Shown here: one piece after another, positions 1 through 13,636 of the stretch | Layout of the letters: each line of letters starts with the position of its first letter | Position numbering within the stretch: the stretch's first letter is position 1 | Assembly (NCBI RefSeq): GCF_056712565.1 | Contig: NZ_CM160072.1 | Strand: one strand, 5' to 3' | Length of the DNA: 64,000 nucleotides | Program-made: the position numbers and the translations under genes | The notes under the pieces: generated by a model | The model's database searches: none | Told to the model about the DNA's origin: nothing | The model's input: only the letters and a program-made list of their open reading frames with translations

Positions 1-564
1 ATGACTTTCCCGCAGCTCCGCATCCGGATAGAGTTGGAGCATTAACGAATCTTTGCTCACCACTTTGCCATTATTGCGTATCAACGTTTCCATAATGGTG
101 TATTCGAACGCGGTCAGTTTGATCACTTCGTCATTAATAGATAATTCACGGCGGGAGAGATCAACCTGAAACGGTGGTAGCGAAATGACCTGTGAAGCCA
201 GACCACTATTACGCCGCATTAATGCCTGCATTCGCGCCATCACCTCTTCAATATGAAACGGTTTAGTCACGTAATCATCAGCACCGGCACTTAATACTTC
301 GACTTTGTCCTGCCAGCTCTCACGGGCGGTTAATACCAGAATCGGCAGTGAAACATCATTGCTACGCCAGCGGCGAATCAGTGACAGACCATCCTCGTCA
401 GGCAATCCGAGATCGACAATCGCAATATCAGGTAAATGTTCATTGAGATAATAATCGGCTTCTTTGGCATCTTCTGCGTCATCGACCTGATGACCAGCAT
501 CCTGTATCTGAACTTTAAGATGGTGACGTAACAACGCATTGTCTTCAACAACCAGTACGCGCAT
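1..564 (-). CDS. phoP: Response regulator PhoP, N-terminal ~188 codons (3' end lies outside the window)
   Basis: Reverse translation from ATG at 562-564 gives [36 protein letters not shown]..., which I recognise as PhoP; gene runs off the left edge. Confidence 0.9.
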   Translation of the reverse strand, partial: MRVLVVEDNALLRHHLKVQIQDAGHQVDDAEDAKEADYYLNEHLPDIAIVDLGLPDEDGLSLIRRWRSNDVSLPILVLTARESWQDKVEVLSAGADDYVTKPFHIEEVMARMQALMRRNSGLASQVISLPPFQVDLSRRELSINDEVIKLTAFEYTIMETLIRNNGKVVSKDSLMLQLYPDAELRESH

Positions 565-624
565 TTTTATTTCTCCCTGTCTTAATTATTAAAATAGTGT
601 AACGCGATTATGTGGTTATGGGGG

Positions 625-641
625 TAAACATTAAATAAACC
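625..641 (-). promoter_or_regulatory. PhoP box direct repeat (GGTTTA-n5-TGTTTA) upstream of phoP
   Basis: Minus-strand sequence GGTTTATTTAATGTTTA lies about 60 bp upstream of the phoP start; matches the PhoP box consensus. Confidence 0.7.
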
Positions 642-732
642 AGCGGGGAGGGGAGGTAAAGTGAAAAAACAAAAAGTGGATAATCTTAATAAGCAGGCCG
701 GACAGCATCGCCATCCGGCACTGTTTTGAGGC

Positions 733-2106
<1,374 letters not shown>

Positions 2107-2748
2107 TCACAACTCCGGGGTTAAATGAGCAAGAATTTGTTTTGCCTGAGTGGTCAGGCGATTACGAGAAAACATCAGTTGCAGACGACCGCCGCCGACC
2201 TGGTGCCAGAGCACGGCGGCGCGAATGCCTGCCAGCAGGGTTGCGCGAACTTTCGCCTGCACCTGTGGGCTTTGCAGTACAGCAGGGGAACCAGTGACCT
2301 GAATGCGCGGGCCAAGCGGGCTGATAACATCAACATAGATGGCAGCCATCGCGCTCATCAGCGTTTCGGACTGTAAATCGAAGTGTTCGAGCTGGCGTTG
2401 CAGGCCGTTGATCCGGTTGCCCAGAGTGTCGAGCGCACCTTTCGCTGAGGAGAGTTTGCGCTCAAGCACCATCAGACTGAGTGTGTAGCGGGTTAATTCG
2501 GCGTTTAAGCCCTGGCGACTGCTGGCATTGAGTACGCCGAGCAAGGTTTCCAGCCCGACGCGCAGGTTGGCTTCGCTACCGCCAAAAACCGCCAGCGTTG
2601 AGCTGGGGTTCATATCGATAATACTGTTGAGTGAGACGTGTAGCGCATCGCCATCACAATGCCCCTGGTGAGCGAGTTGTTGCACCAGGCGTGCCGACTG
2701 ACAAATACCGGCAAGGGCGAGGGTGATGTCATAGTAATTCTTTGCCAC
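2107..2748 (-). CDS. hflD: High-frequency lysogenization protein HflD
   Basis: ORF (MNV)[31 protein letters not shown]...; start probably the GTG two codons inside the tracked ORF. Confidence 0.85.
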   Translation of the reverse strand: MAKNYYDITLALAGICQSARLVQQLAHQGHCDGDALHVSLNSIIDMNPSSTLAVFGGSEANLRVGLETLLGVLNASSRQGLNAELTRYTLSLMVLERKLSSAKGALDTLGNRINGLQRQLEHFDLQSETLMSAMAAIYVDVISPLGPRIQVTGSPAVLQSPQVQAKVRATLLAGIRAAVLWHQVGGGRLQLMFSRNRLTTQAKQILAHLTPEL

Positions 2749-2783
2749 GTTCACTGCTTCCTTGTTTTAAGTAAAGATAATAA

Positions 2784-4405
<1,622 letters not shown>

Positions 4406-4414
4406 TTTGCATCC

Positions 4415-5068
4415 TTAATCTGTCGCGTCTCGCCATTCGCCATTGGCAAGATTATCCAAAGAGTAATCCCCCATCGCATAGCGAATCAGTCGCAGCGTGG
4501 GGAAACCAACATGGGCGGTCATGCGGCGCACCTGGCGATTACGTCCCTCATATAAGGTGATCTTCAGCCAGCTGGTGGGAATACTTTTGCGCTCACGAAT
4601 TGGTGGATTCCGCGGCCATAACCACGCGGGTTCTTCAACCAGCTCCGCGCCTGCGGGCAGGGTAGGGCCATCATTTAAGGTTACGCCATTGCGCAAGGCT
4701 TCAAGTGCGTCTTGTGTGGGAATACCTTCCACCTGCACATAATAGATTTTTCCGGTGCGTTTACCCGGCTGGGTTAAACGCGCCTGCAACGCGCCGTTAT
4801 TGGTCAGCACCAGTAACCCTTCGCTGTCGCGGTCGAGACGACCTGCCGCATACACCCCCTGAACCGGGATGAATTCTTTTAATGTTTTGCGTCCGGCTTC
4901 ATCGGTGAACTGCGGAAGAACATCGTAGGGTTTATTGAACAGGATCACACGCGTGGGCTGGTTTTCAGGTTTACGCCTGGTAGAACGTTGCGAGCTGAAT
5001 CGCTTAACCTGGTGATTTCTAAAAGAAGTTTTTTGCATGGTATTTTCAGAGATTATGAATTGCCGCAT
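4415..5068 (-). CDS. rluE: 23S rRNA pseudouridine synthase RluE
   Basis: 217 aa ORF; RsuA/RluE family motifs ([17 protein letters not shown]); conserved position upstream of icd. Confidence 0.88.
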   Translation of the reverse strand: MRQFIISENTMQKTSFRNHQVKRFSSQRSTRRKPENQPTRVILFNKPYDVLPQFTDEAGRKTLKEFIPVQGVYAAGRLDRDSEGLLVLTNNGALQARLTQPGKRTGKIYYVQVEGIPTQDALEALRNGVTLNDGPTLPAGAELVEEPAWLWPRNPPIRERKSIPTSWLKITLYEGRNRQVRRMTAHVGFPTLRLIRYAMGDYSLDNLANGEWRDATD

Positions 5069-5239
5069 TATAGCCTAATAACGCGCATCTTTCATGACGG
5101 CAAACAATAGGGTAGTATTGACAAGCCAATTACAAATCATTAACAAAAAATTGCTCTAAAGCATCCGTATCGCAGGACGCAAACGCATATGCAACGTGGT
5201 GGTAGACGAGCAAACCAGTAGCGCTCGAAGGAGAGGTGA

Positions 5240-6490
5240 ATGGAAAGTAAAGTAGTTGTTCCGGCACAAGGCAAGAAGATCACCCTGCAAAACGGCAAAC
5301 TCAACGTTCCTGAAAATCCGATTATCCCTTACATTGAAGGTGATGGAATCGGTGTAGATGTAACCCCAGCCATGCTGAAAGTGGTCGACGCTGCAGTTGA
5401 GAAAGCCTATAAAGGCGAGCGTAAAATCTCCTGGATGGAAATTTACACCGGTGAAAAATCCACACAGGTTTATGGTCAGGACGTCTGGTTGCCTGCTGAA
5501 ACCCTTGATCTGATTCGTGAATATCGCGTTGCCATTAAAGGCCCGCTGACCACTCCGGTTGGTGGCGGTATTCGCTCTCTGAACGTTGCCCTGCGCCAGG
5601 AACTGGATCTCTACATCTGCCTGCGTCCGGTACGTTACTATCAGGGCACTCCAAGCCCGGTTAAACACCCTGAACTGACCGATATGGTTATCTTCCGTGA
5701 AAACTCGGAAGACATTTATGCGGGTATCGAATGGAAAGCAGACTCTGCCGACGCTGAGAAAGTGATTAAATTCCTGCGTGAAGAGATGGGCGTGAAGAAA
5801 ATTCGCTTCCCGGAACATTGCGGTATCGGTATTAAGCCGTGTTCGGAAGAAGGCACCAAACGTCTGGTTCGTGCAGCGATCGAATACGCAATTGCTAACG
5901 ATCGTGACTCTGTGACCCTGGTGCACAAAGGCAACATCATGAAGTTCACCGAAGGCGCGTTTAAAGACTGGGGCTACCAACTGGCGCGTGAAGAATTTGG
6001 CGGTGAACTGATCGACGGCGGCCCGTGGCTGAAAGTTAAAAACCCGAATACCGGCAAAGAGATCGTCATTAAAGACGTGATTGCTGATGCATTCCTGCAA
6101 CAGATCCTGCTGCGTCCGGCTGAATATGATGTTATCGCCTGTATGAACCTGAACGGTGACTACATTTCTGACGCCCTGGCAGCGCAGGTTGGTGGTATCG
6201 GTATCGCCCCTGGCGCAAACATCGGTGACGAATGCGCCCTGTTTGAAGCCACCCACGGTACTGCGCCGAAATATGCCGGACAGGACAAAGTAAACCCAGG
6301 CTCTATTATTCTCTCCGCTGAGATGATGCTGCGCCATATGGGTTGGACTGAAGCGGCTGACCTGATTGTTAAAGGTATGGAAGGCGCAATCAATGCCAAG
6401 ACCGTAACCTATGACTTCGAACGTCTGATGGAAGGCGCTAAACTGCTGAAATGTTCAGAGTTTGGTGACGCGATCATCAAGAATATGTAA
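5240..6490 (+). CDS. icd: Isocitrate dehydrogenase (NADP); 3' ~165 bp is the prophage-adjacent copy of the att duplication
   Basis: 416 aa [41 protein letters not shown]...; classic Icd. Confidence 0.95.
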   Translation: MESKVVVPAQGKKITLQNGKLNVPENPIIPYIEGDGIGVDVTPAMLKVVDAAVEKAYKGERKISWMEIYTGEKSTQVYGQDVWLPAETLDLIREYRVAIKGPLTTPVGGGIRSLNVALRQELDLYICLRPVRYYQGTPSPVKHPELTDMVIFRENSEDIYAGIEWKADSADAEKVIKFLREEMGVKKIRFPEHCGIGIKPCSEEGTKRLVRAAIEYAIANDRDSVTLVHKGNIMKFTEGAFKDWGYQLAREEFGGELIDGGPWLKVKNPNTGKEIVIKDVIADAFLQQILLRPAEYDVIACMNLNGDYISDALAAQVGGIGIAPGANIGDECALFEATHGTAPKYAGQDKVNPGSIILSAEMMLRHMGWTEAADLIVKGMEGAINAKTVTYDFERLMEGAKLLKCSEFGDAIIKNM

Positions 6491-6541
6491 TCACTACATG
6501 TGTTAAATATTGAAACGGGCGTATAACACGCCCGTTGTTTT
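6327..6541. repeat. Left copy of the icd 3'-end direct repeat (attL side of prophage)
   Basis: About 215 bp here are repeated with a few mismatches at 53750..53966, including the icd stop codon and terminator hairpin. Confidence 0.85.
6513..6541 (+). terminator. icd rho-independent terminator
   Basis: Hairpin AAACGGGCGTATAACACGCCCGTT followed by GTTTT, 22 bp after the icd stop. Confidence 0.75.
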
Positions 6542-6557
6542 ATGATGATGTAAAATC

Positions 6558-6593
6558 TTCCCCAAAACTTTCCCCAAAACCCTTCCCCAAAAC
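6558..6593. repeat. Three tandem TTCCCCAAAAC repeats, candidate integrase arm-type binding sites
   Basis: TTCCCCAAAAC occurs three times with ~12 bp period between icd terminator and int; one further copy at 53621..53631. Confidence 0.5.
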
Positions 6594-6603
6594 TGGCTAT
6601 TTT

Positions 6604-7746
6604 CTATGCTGTTTTGATATCTACGATAATCCAGTCTTTACCACGATCATCATTGTATCGGTCGGTCATTTTTCTGGATTTATGGCCTAACAACTTTTGC
6701 GTATCCAGACCCTGTTCCCGATATAACCGTTCTGACAGAGATCGCTGCTCATGAAATGTGGGCGCAGTTCCTTGCTCCCATTTTATGCCACATTTTTCCC
6801 GGGCCTTTTTAAAAGCCGTTGTCAGAGTATTCGCAGAAACCTGGTCTCCTCTGTTTGCTTGAGAGGTAGTGTGACGGTAATGGACCAGATATTTACTAAC
6901 AACAGCATCCCTGCACTGAGATATAACTTCACGAAGGGTAATATTCAGAGCATCGCATTTCAGGTTAAGCGGAATAGCAAGTTTTGAACCGGTTTTTTCC
7001 TGAGTAATGTGCAACATGTCGTCCCATATATCAGAGAATTTCAAATTGCAGATATCGCCTAAACGTTGTCCAGTAACAAGAGCAAGTAGCATGCCGCATT
7101 TTAAATAGGGCTGCCGTCTGCTTACGCTGTCAAATATTGCCTGCCATTCGGGCAGTGACAATCTTTGGCGGTTTACTCGATTTCGTGGTTGTTTTGTTGC
7201 CTGCGCTGGGTTAAATCCTGGCGGAACATGTCCTGCGTGTTGTGCTTCTTTGAAGACGTCGATCAACACCATTCTCACGACTTGCGCCATCCTGTTATGA
7301 CCTTCAGCCTTTACAGCATCAATTATTTCGGCAATATCAAGTGCGGTAATATCCTTGAGGTGTTGCATTCCACAATGCTCACGGAAAAGACGAATGGGTT
7401 TGCCTTTTTGCCGATAGGAGTTGGGTCTTAGTTCATTATGTTGCAGCCTGTCCTCTTGGATAGAAATATATTTATCAAGCCATTCTGTCACCGTAATGTC
7501 TGAGCGCCTGCCTTTCATTCTTTCCAGACGCTCATTGACGCTTAATATTTGTCTGGTACGTTGTTCAGCAATAATGGTATTTGCTTCAGTAGCAACTTGT
7601 TTTGCTTCATTCTCATCAGTTCCTAAGCTATGAAAACGACCGGATAGTGGATGTTTGTATTGCCAATATACCTTTCCGGTTCGCTTATCTAATTTGCAAT
7701 ATAAATTGGGTATAGAGATTTTGTGAGATCGGGGTCTAGCAGCCAT
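6604..7746 (-). CDS. int: Phage integrase (tyrosine recombinase)
   Basis: 380 aa ORF directly beside the att repeat; C-terminal R..HxxR..Y-type catalytic region (LGHKSRKMTDRY); lambda-like int-xis arrangement. Confidence 0.88.
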   Translation of the reverse strand: MAARPRSHKISIPNLYCKLDKRTGKVYWQYKHPLSGRFHSLGTDENEAKQVATEANTIIAEQRTRQILSVNERLERMKGRRSDITVTEWLDKYISIQEDRLQHNELRPNSYRQKGKPIRLFREHCGMQHLKDITALDIAEIIDAVKAEGHNRMAQVVRMVLIDVFKEAQHAGHVPPGFNPAQATKQPRNRVNRQRLSLPEWQAIFDSVSRRQPYLKCGMLLALVTGQRLGDICNLKFSDIWDDMLHITQEKTGSKLAIPLNLKCDALNITLREVISQCRDAVVSKYLVHYRHTTSQANRGDQVSANTLTTAFKKAREKCGIKWEQGTAPTFHEQRSLSERLYREQGLDTQKLLGHKSRKMTDRYNDDRGKDWIIVDIKTA

Positions 7747-7972
7747 CAGCGATTATCCTTTGGAGTTTTGGGTTTGCGTTTATTGGGAGTTGCGGTTCTG
7801 CAAGCGTTCCTACAAAACGGGAATTTCGGTCAATCATCCAGTAGCGACCAACTTTTATAGCGGGTGGGGCCATCATTTTCCCTTGCGCGTATTTTTTCAG
7901 AACTCGCTCACTTGGTGCTAAGTCCCCAAATTCTTCTTTAGCCCAGTCCTGTAAAGTGATTAGTCGAGACAT
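7736..7972 (-). CDS. xis: Excisionase
   Basis: 78 aa ORF overlapping int start; MSRLITLQDWAKEEFG... resembles lambda-family Xis. Confidence 0.75.
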   Translation of the reverse strand: MSRLITLQDWAKEEFGDLAPSERVLKKYAQGKMMAPPAIKVGRYWMIDRNSRFVGTLAEPQLPINANPKLQRIIADGC

Positions 7973-8111
7973 TTGTCCTCCTCTTAGCTGCTGAGGGAGT
8001 TTGTGACCGATATATCTGACATGATATTAAGCTCATGGCAGGTACATCTCTTGACTGGTCATAGAGATAAATTTAATGCTGAGAAATGCAGTATTGAATT
8101 TATCAATTTTT

Positions 8112-8351
8112 CTATTTCCTGCGCATGTCACGTAACTTCTTAATGTGTTCTGCCGTTTCGATCTCTTCTGCTATCCGATCTGCATCAGCTTTATTCACAG
8201 GTTCAAAGTCATGATTAAAGCGGAACATGCTGGCGATACATGTTCTGCCTTTTCGGATGTAGTGAACTTTGTTGTGGGTAGAACGCAGGATTTTGCAGGG
8301 AGTGCCGTGGTGGTCGACGTACCAGGTGTTAGGGTCAATCACTCTGAACAT
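8112..8351 (-). CDS. Hypothetical phage early protein
   Basis: 79 aa ORF in the leftward early operon; no recognised domain. Confidence 0.4.
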   Translation of the reverse strand: MFRVIDPNTWYVDHHGTPCKILRSTHNKVHYIRKGRTCIASMFRFNHDFEPVNKADADRIAEEIETAEHIKKLRDMRRK

Positions 8352-8664
8352 TCTTGACCTTGTGTTGTGCGGATTGATATTCAGTGCTGATATTCACCTT
8401 TATAGCGAACACCTTTACCGGTTTATCGCCAAAGTGCGGATGTGTGATTGTCTTCACTTCATATCCGTCATACGGAACATCAATTCTGCGACTGGAATCG
8501 TCGCGCTTCGGATATCCCTTTGTGATAATCAGGCGGTCATATTCCCGGAACATAATTCGCTTATTCCAGTAGTCATTACACAAGCGATACTCTTCCGTTT
8601 TCTCTCCGCGAATCATGGCATCGAAGTATTCACTTTTAACAGCAAGTTGCAGGTTAGCCATCAC
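8335..8664 (-). CDS. Hypothetical protein, possibly ASCH/PUA-like
   Basis: 109 aa ORF MMANLQLAVKSEYFDAMIRGEKTEEYR...; pattern resembles ASCH domain proteins; assignment tentative. Confidence 0.45.
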   Translation of the reverse strand: MMANLQLAVKSEYFDAMIRGEKTEEYRLCNDYWNKRIMFREYDRLIITKGYPKRDDSSRRIDVPYDGYEVKTITHPHFGDKPVKVFAIKVNISTEYQSAQHKVKNVQSD

Positions 8665-8882
8665 TTAATCCCCCTTTGTTTGCGGATAAGCTCCAGATCT
8701 TGCTGGCAACTGGCGCAAGTCCGACAACCCTGAACGGCCAGGCGTCTTCGTTCATCTATCGGATCGCCACACTCACAACAATGAGTGGCAGATACAGCCA
8801 GGTAGTTCAGGCGGCGCATTTTTATTGCTGTGTTGCGCTGTAATTCTTCTATTTCTGATGCTGAATCAATGATGTCTGCCAT
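8661..8882 (-). CDS. TraR/DksA-family C4 zinc-finger protein
   Basis: 73 aa ORF with CxxC-n17-CxxC (CCECGDPIDERRRLAVQGCRTCASC), typical of phage TraR-like proteins. Confidence 0.7.
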   Translation of the reverse strand: MADIIDSASEIEELQRNTAIKMRRLNYLAVSATHCCECGDPIDERRRLAVQGCRTCASCQQDLELIRKQRGIK

Positions 8883-9268
8883 CTTTCATTAATCCCTGAA
8901 CTGTTGGTTAATACGCTTGAGGGTGAATGCGAACAATAAAAAAGGAGCCTGTAGCTCCCTGATAATTTTGCTTTTCATGTTCATCGTTCCTTAAAGACGC
9001 CGTTTAACATGCCGATTGCCAGGCTTAAATGAGTCGGTGTGAATCCCTTCAGCGTTACCGTTTCGCGGTGCTTCTTCAGTACGCTACGGCAAATGTCATT
9101 GACGTTTTTGGAAACTGCTGTCTGACTTTTTTGATTTCAGAATTAGCCTGACGGGCAATGCTGCGAAGGGCGTTTTCTTGCTGAGGTGTCACTGAACAAG
9201 CCCCATGTCGGCAAGCATAAGCACACAGAATATGAAGCCCGCTGCCAGAAAAATGCATTCAGTGGTTG

Positions 9269-9460
9269 TCATACCTGGTCTCTCTCATCTGCTTCTGCTT
9301 TCGCCACCATCATTTCCAGCTTTTGTGAAAGGGATGTGGCTAACGTATGAAATTCTTCGTCTGTTTCTGCTGGTATTGGCACAAACCTGACTCCAATTTG
9401 AGCAAGGCTATGTGCCAAATCAATACTCGTTCTTAACTCAACAGGAGATGCTTTGTGCAT
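9269..9460 (-). CDS. Hypothetical small phage protein
   Basis: 63 aa ORF in early-left operon; no recognised domain. Confidence 0.3.
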   Translation of the reverse strand: MHKASPVELRTSIDLAHSLAQIGVRFVPIPAETDEEFHTLATSLSQKLEMMVAKAEADERDQV

Positions 9461-9621
9461 ACCGCCCCCCGTTTATTATTTATCTCCTCAGCCAGCCGCT
9501 GGGCTTTCAGCGGATTTCGGATAACAGAAAGACCGTGAAATACCCAGCCTCGCTTTGTAACGGAGTAGACGAAAGTGATCGCGCCTACCCGGATATTATC
9601 GTGAGGATGGGTCATCGCCAT
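9433..9621 (-). CDS. Hypothetical small phage protein
   Basis: 62 aa ORF immediately upstream of exo, overlapping its neighbour. Confidence 0.3.
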   Translation of the reverse strand: MAMTHPHDNIRVGAITFVYSVTKRGWVFHGLSVIRNPLKAQRLAEEINNKRGAVCTKHLLLS

Positions 9622-10292
9622 TGCTCTCCAAATACAAAACCAATTTCAGCCAGTGCTTCGTCCATTTTTTCGATGAACTCCGGCACCATCTCGTCAAAAC
9701 TCGCCATGTACTTTTCATCCCGCTCAACCACGACATAATGCAGGCCTTCACGCTTCATTCGTGGGTCATAGTTGGCAAAGTACCAGGCATCTTTTCGTGT
9801 CACCCACATGCTGTACTGCACCTGGGCCATGTAAGCCGACTTTATGGCCTCGAAACCACCGAGCCGGAACTTCATGAAATCCCGGGAGGTAAACGGGCAT
9901 TTCAGCTCAAGGCCATTGCCGTCACTGCATAAACCATCGGGAGAGCAGGCGGTGCGCATACTTTCGTCGCGATAGATGATCGGGGATTCAGTAACATTCA
10001 CGCCGGAAGTGAATTCAAACAGGGTTCTGGCGTCGTTCTCGTACTGTTTTCCCCACGCCAGCGCCTTAGCATTAACTTCCGGAGCCACACCGGTGCAAAC
10101 CTCAGCCAGCAGGGTGTGGAAGTAGGACATTTTCATGTCAGGCCACTTCTTTCCTGAGCGGGGCTTTGCTATCACGTTGTGAACTTCTGAAGCGGTGATG
10201 ACGCCGAGCCGTAATTTGTGCCATGCATCATCCCCCTGTTCGACAGCTCTCACGTCGATCCCGGTACGCTGCAGGATAATGTCCGGTGTCAT
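9612..10292 (-). CDS. exo: Lambda exonuclease (Red alpha)
   Basis: 226 aa; [54 protein letters not shown]... which I recognise as essentially identical to lambda Exo. Confidence 0.95.
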   Translation of the reverse strand: MTPDIILQRTGIDVRAVEQGDDAWHKLRLGVITASEVHNVIAKPRSGKKWPDMKMSYFHTLLAEVCTGVAPEVNAKALAWGKQYENDARTLFEFTSGVNVTESPIIYRDESMRTACSPDGLCSDGNGLELKCPFTSRDFMKFRLGGFEAIKSAYMAQVQYSMWVTRKDAWYFANYDPRMKREGLHYVVVERDEKYMASFDEMVPEFIEKMDEALAEIGFVFGEQWR

Positions 10293-11074
10293 GCTGCCAC
10301 CTTCTGCTCAGTGGCTTTCTGTTTCAGGAATCCAAGAGCTTTCACTGCTTCGGCCTGTGTCAGTTCTGACGATGCGCGAATGTCGCGGCGAAATATCTGG
10401 GAACAGAGCGGCAATAAGTCGTCATCCCATGTTTTGTCCAGGGCAATCAGCAGAGTGTTAATCTCCTGCATGGTTTCATCGTTAACCGGAGTGATGTCGC
10501 GTTCCGGCTGACGTTCTGCAGTGTATGCGGTATTTTCGACAATGCGCTCGGCTTCATCCTTGTCATAGATACCAGCAAATCCGAAGGCCAGACGGGCACA
10601 CTGAATCATGGCTTTATGCCGTAACATCCGTTTGGGATGCGACTGCCACGGCCCCGTGATTTCTCTGCCTTCGCGGGTTTTGAATGGTTCGCGGCGGCAT
10701 TCATCCATCCACTCGGTAACGCAGATCGGATGATTGCGGTCTTTGCGGTAAATCCGGCATGTACATGATTCATTGTCCTGCTCAAAGTCCATACCATCAA
10801 ACTGCTGGTTTTCATTGATGATGCGGGACCAGCCATCAACGCCCACCACCGGAACAATGCCGTTCTGCTTATCAGGGAAGGCGTAAATTTCTTTCGTCCA
10901 CGGATTAAGGCCGTACTGGTTGGCGACGATCAACAATGCGATGAACTGCGCATCGCTGGCATCACCTTTAAATGCCGTCTGGCGAAGAGTGGTGATCAGT
11001 TCCTGTGGGTCGACAGAATCCATGCCGACACGTTCAGCCAGCTTCCCTGCCAGCGTTGCGAGTGCTGTACTCAT
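10289..11074 (-). CDS. bet: Recombinase Bet (Red beta)
   Basis: 261 aa; [89 protein letters not shown]... Confidence 0.95.
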   Translation of the reverse strand: MSTALATLAGKLAERVGMDSVDPQELITTLRQTAFKGDASDAQFIALLIVANQYGLNPWTKEIYAFPDKQNGIVPVVGVDGWSRIINENQQFDGMDFEQDNESCTCRIYRKDRNHPICVTEWMDECRREPFKTREGREITGPWQSHPKRMLRHKAMIQCARLAFGFAGIYDKDEAERIVENTAYTAERQPERDITPVNDETMQEINTLLIALDKTWDDDLLPLCSQIFRRDIRASSELTQAEAVKALGFLKQKATEQKVAA

Positions 11075-11079
11075 CCGTT

Positions 11080-11376
11080 TTATACCTCTGAATCAATATC
11101 AGCCTGATGGTGAGCAATGGTTTCAACTATGTACCGGATGTGTTCTGCCATGCGCTCCTGAAACTCAACATCGTCATCAAACGCACGGGTAATGGCTTTT
11201 TTGCTGGCCCCGTGGCGTTGTAAATGATCGATGCATAGCGATTCAAACAGGTGCTGGGGCAGGCCTTTTTCCATGTCGTCTGCCAGTTCTGCCTCTTTCT
11301 CTTCACGGGCGATCTGCTGGTAGTGACGCGCCCAGCTCTGAGCCTCAAGACGATCCTGAATGTAATAAGCGTTCAT
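11080..11376 (-). CDS. gam: RecBCD inhibitor Gam (short form)
   Basis: 98 aa; [56 protein letters not shown]... Confidence 0.93.
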   Translation of the reverse strand: MNAYYIQDRLEAQSWARHYQQIAREEKEAELADDMEKGLPQHLFESLCIDHLQRHGASKKAITRAFDDDVEFQERMAEHIRYIVETIAHHQADIDSEV

Positions 11377-11451
11377 GGCTGAACTCCTGAAAATGGCTGT
11401 GAAAATATCGCCCGCGAAATGCCAGGCTGATTAGGAAAACAGGAAAGGGGG

Positions 11452-11595
11452 TTAGTGAATGCTTTTGCTTGATCTCAGTTTCAGTATTAATATCCATTTT
11501 TTATAAGCGTCGACGGCCTCACGAAACATCTTTTCATCGCCAATAAAAGTGGCGATAGTGAATTTAGTCTGGATAGCCATAATTGTTTGATCCAT
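11452..11595 (-). CDS. kil: Host-killing protein Kil
   Basis: 47 aa [47 protein letters not shown] within the 89 aa tracked ORF; overlaps cIII as in lambda. Confidence 0.85.
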   Translation of the reverse strand: MDQTIMAIQTKFTIATFIGDEKMFREAVDAYKKWILILKLRSSKSIH

Positions 11596-11728
11596 TTTTT
11601 GGGACTCCTGGCTGATTAAGTATGTCGATAAGGCGTTTCCATCCGTCACGTAATTTACGGGTGATTCGTTCAAGTAAAGATTCGGAAGGGCAGCCAGCAA
11701 CAGGCCACCCTGCAATGGCATATTGCAT
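11564..11728 (-). CDS. cIII: Anti-FtsH regulator CIII
   Basis: Hand translation gives [54 protein letters not shown] (54 aa); below the 60 aa ORF-track cutoff. Confidence 0.85.
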   Translation of the reverse strand: MQYAIAGWPVAGCPSESLLERITRKLRDGWKRLIDILNQPGVPKNGSNNYGYPD

Positions 11729-11800
11729 GGTGTGCTCCTTATTTATACATAACGAAAAACGCCTCGAGTGAAGCGTAATTGGTATGCGGTAACGCCGCGC

Positions 11801-12169
11801 TCAGGCGGCCTTGATAGTCATATCATCTGAATCAAATATTCCTGATGTATCGATATCGGTAATTCTTATTCCTTCACTACCATCCATTGGAGGCCATCCT
11901 TCCTGACCATTTCCATCATTCCAGTCGAACTCACACACAACACCATATGCATTTAAGTCGCTTGAAATTGCTATAAGCAGAGCATGTTGCGCCAGCATGA
12001 TTAATACAGCATTTAATACAGAGCCGTGTTTATTGAGTCGGTATTCAGAGTCTGACCAGAAATTATTAATCTGGTGAAGTTTTTCCTCTGTCATTACGTC
12101 ATGGTCAATTTCAATTTCTATTGATGCTTTCCAGTCGTAATCAATGATGTATTTTTTGATGTTTGACAT
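11801..12169 (-). CDS. ea10: Lambda Ea10-like protein
   Basis: 122 aa ORF in the lambda ea10 position; I recall this sequence as lambda Ea10. Confidence 0.8.
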   Translation of the reverse strand: MSNIKKYIIDYDWKASIEIEIDHDVMTEEKLHQINNFWSDSEYRLNKHGSVLNAVLIMLAQHALLIAISSDLNAYGVVCEFDWNDGNGQEGWPPMDGSEGIRITDIDTSGIFDSDDMTIKAA

Positions 12170-12351
12170 CTATTCATATCCTCATAGATAAAAAATCGCC
12201 CTCACACTGGAGGGCAAAGAAGATTTCCAATAATCAGAACAAGTCGGCTCCTGTTTAGTTACGAGCGACATTGCTCCGTGTATTCACTCGTTGGAATGAA
12301 TACACAGTGCAGTGTTTATTCTGTTATTTATGCCAAAAATAAAGGCCACTA

Positions 12352-12552
12352 TCAGGCAGCTTTGTTGTTCTGTTTACCAAGTTCTCTGGCAATCATTGCC
12401 GTCGTTCGTATTGCCCATTTATCGACATATTTCCCATCTTCCATTACAGGAAACATTTCTTCAGGCTTAACCATGCATTCCGATTGCAGCTTGCATCCAT
12501 TGCATCGTTTGAATTGTCCACACCATTGATTTGTATCAATAGTCGTAGTCAT
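12352..12552 (-). CDS. ral: Restriction alleviation protein Ral
   Basis: 66 aa; MTTTIDTNQWCGQFKRCNGCKLQSECMVKPEEMFPVMEDGKYVDKWAIRTTAMIARELGKQNNKAA. Confidence 0.92.
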   Translation of the reverse strand: MTTTIDTNQWCGQFKRCNGCKLQSECMVKPEEMFPVMEDGKYVDKWAIRTTAMIARELGKQNNKAA

Positions 12553-12765
12553 ACGGATAGTCCTGGTATTGTTCCATCACATCTTGAGGATGCTCTTCGA
12601 ACTCTTCAAATTCTTCTTCCATATATCACCTTAAATAGTGGATTGCGGTAGTAAAGATTGTGCCTGTCTTTTAACCACATCAGGCTCGGTGGTTCTCGTG
12701 TACCCCTACAACGAGAAATCGGATAAACTCTATTCACCCCTACAGAGAGCAAAAGAGAAACGCCG

Positions 12766-13347
12766 ATGAACAACTCATGGTGGCAGGAACTAATGCATTT
12801 TTTCCTGCAAGGAATGACACTTAAACAGTTGATTCATATGCTAATCATCCTGATCATATTGATTATTGTTATGCCGGTAAGCGTAAAAGAATGGATAAAC
12901 CTGCATAATCCAGAAATCCTTCCTCATTACTGGATGTATTACATCCTGTTGTTTTGCGTTAGCTATGTGCTTAACGGCGTTGTTAATTCCGCTTATCACG
13001 CTGTGACTGAAAGAATTGAGGTATTCGCTGCTCAGAAGCGCAAATCTAAAGAAGAAAAATATGTGCAAGATTTGTTTGATTCGTTAACTCTTGGAGAAAG
13101 AGCGTATTTGGCATTCGCTGTAGCCGCTAATAACCAGCTACAAACGGAAAAGGGCGCTCATGAATCAATTTCATTGCTCAAAAAAGGACTCCTCGTTCGA
13201 AGGCCTCCTGCTGTTGGATATCCTGATACCGACCGTTTCGTTATCCCTGAAAGCTATAGACATGAGTGCTACATTAGGTTTGCCGGGAAGGCAGACAGCC
13301 TTATGGATGAACTTATCGCTCAGGATAAGCATGGCAAAAACAAGTAA
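12766..13347 (+). CDS. sieB: Superinfection exclusion protein B
   Basis: 193 aa membrane protein (LIHMLIILIILIIVMPV) in the lambda sieB position and orientation. Confidence 0.85.
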   Translation: MNNSWWQELMHFFLQGMTLKQLIHMLIILIILIIVMPVSVKEWINLHNPEILPHYWMYYILLFCVSYVLNGVVNSAYHAVTERIEVFAAQKRKSKEEKYVQDLFDSLTLGERAYLAFAVAANNQLQTEKGAHESISLLKKGLLVRRPPAVGYPDTDRFVIPESYRHECYIRFAGKADSLMDELIAQDKHGKNK

Positions 13348-13363
13348 TTAGCAAATGAATTTA

Positions 13364-13636
13364 TCATCTCGCCGTCAGTTGTTTTGATTTCCGGTAGCCT
13401 GCCGCGTAAAGAGCTACGTTCGGAAGACAAGTTGAACCTTCATATTTTCTGGTCAACGTTGTCAGAGTTATCACTTCTGCTCTCATTGCTGGTTTGAGCT
13501 TGCATTGCAAGACCACTCGTGAAGGGGTTGGCCTGTGTAGCTTGTCGGAGCTGATCGCCTCCTGACTTTGCAGATTTGCGCGACGAGCTCTACGGCGAGA
13601 AGCTGCGGTGCCTTTAAATTCTGTTTTTCTGGACAT
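13364..13636 (-). CDS. N: N-like transcription antiterminator
   Basis: Start chosen at MSRKTEFKGTAASRRRARRANLQSQEA (arginine-rich motif near N-terminus); lies just downstream of nutL on the leftward transcript. Confidence 0.7.
   Translation of the reverse strand: MSRKTEFKGTAASRRRARRANLQSQEAISSDKLHRPTPSRVVLQCKLKPAMRAEVITLTTLTRKYEGSTCLPNVALYAAGYRKSKQLTAR

Noticed and set aside
5156-6337. 393 aa ORF on the minus strand fully inside icd
   Set aside because: Antisense to a highly conserved housekeeping gene; reads as low-complexity antisense translation; no RBS context
6604-7746. Considered that the element might be the small e14 element known at icd in K-12
   Set aside because: The element is ~47 kb with a full lambda-type head, tail and lysis gene set, so it is a complete lambdoid prophage sharing only the icd integration site
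12278-12529. 83 aa plus-strand ORF overlapping ral
   Set aside because: Antisense to ral, which is recognisably conserved
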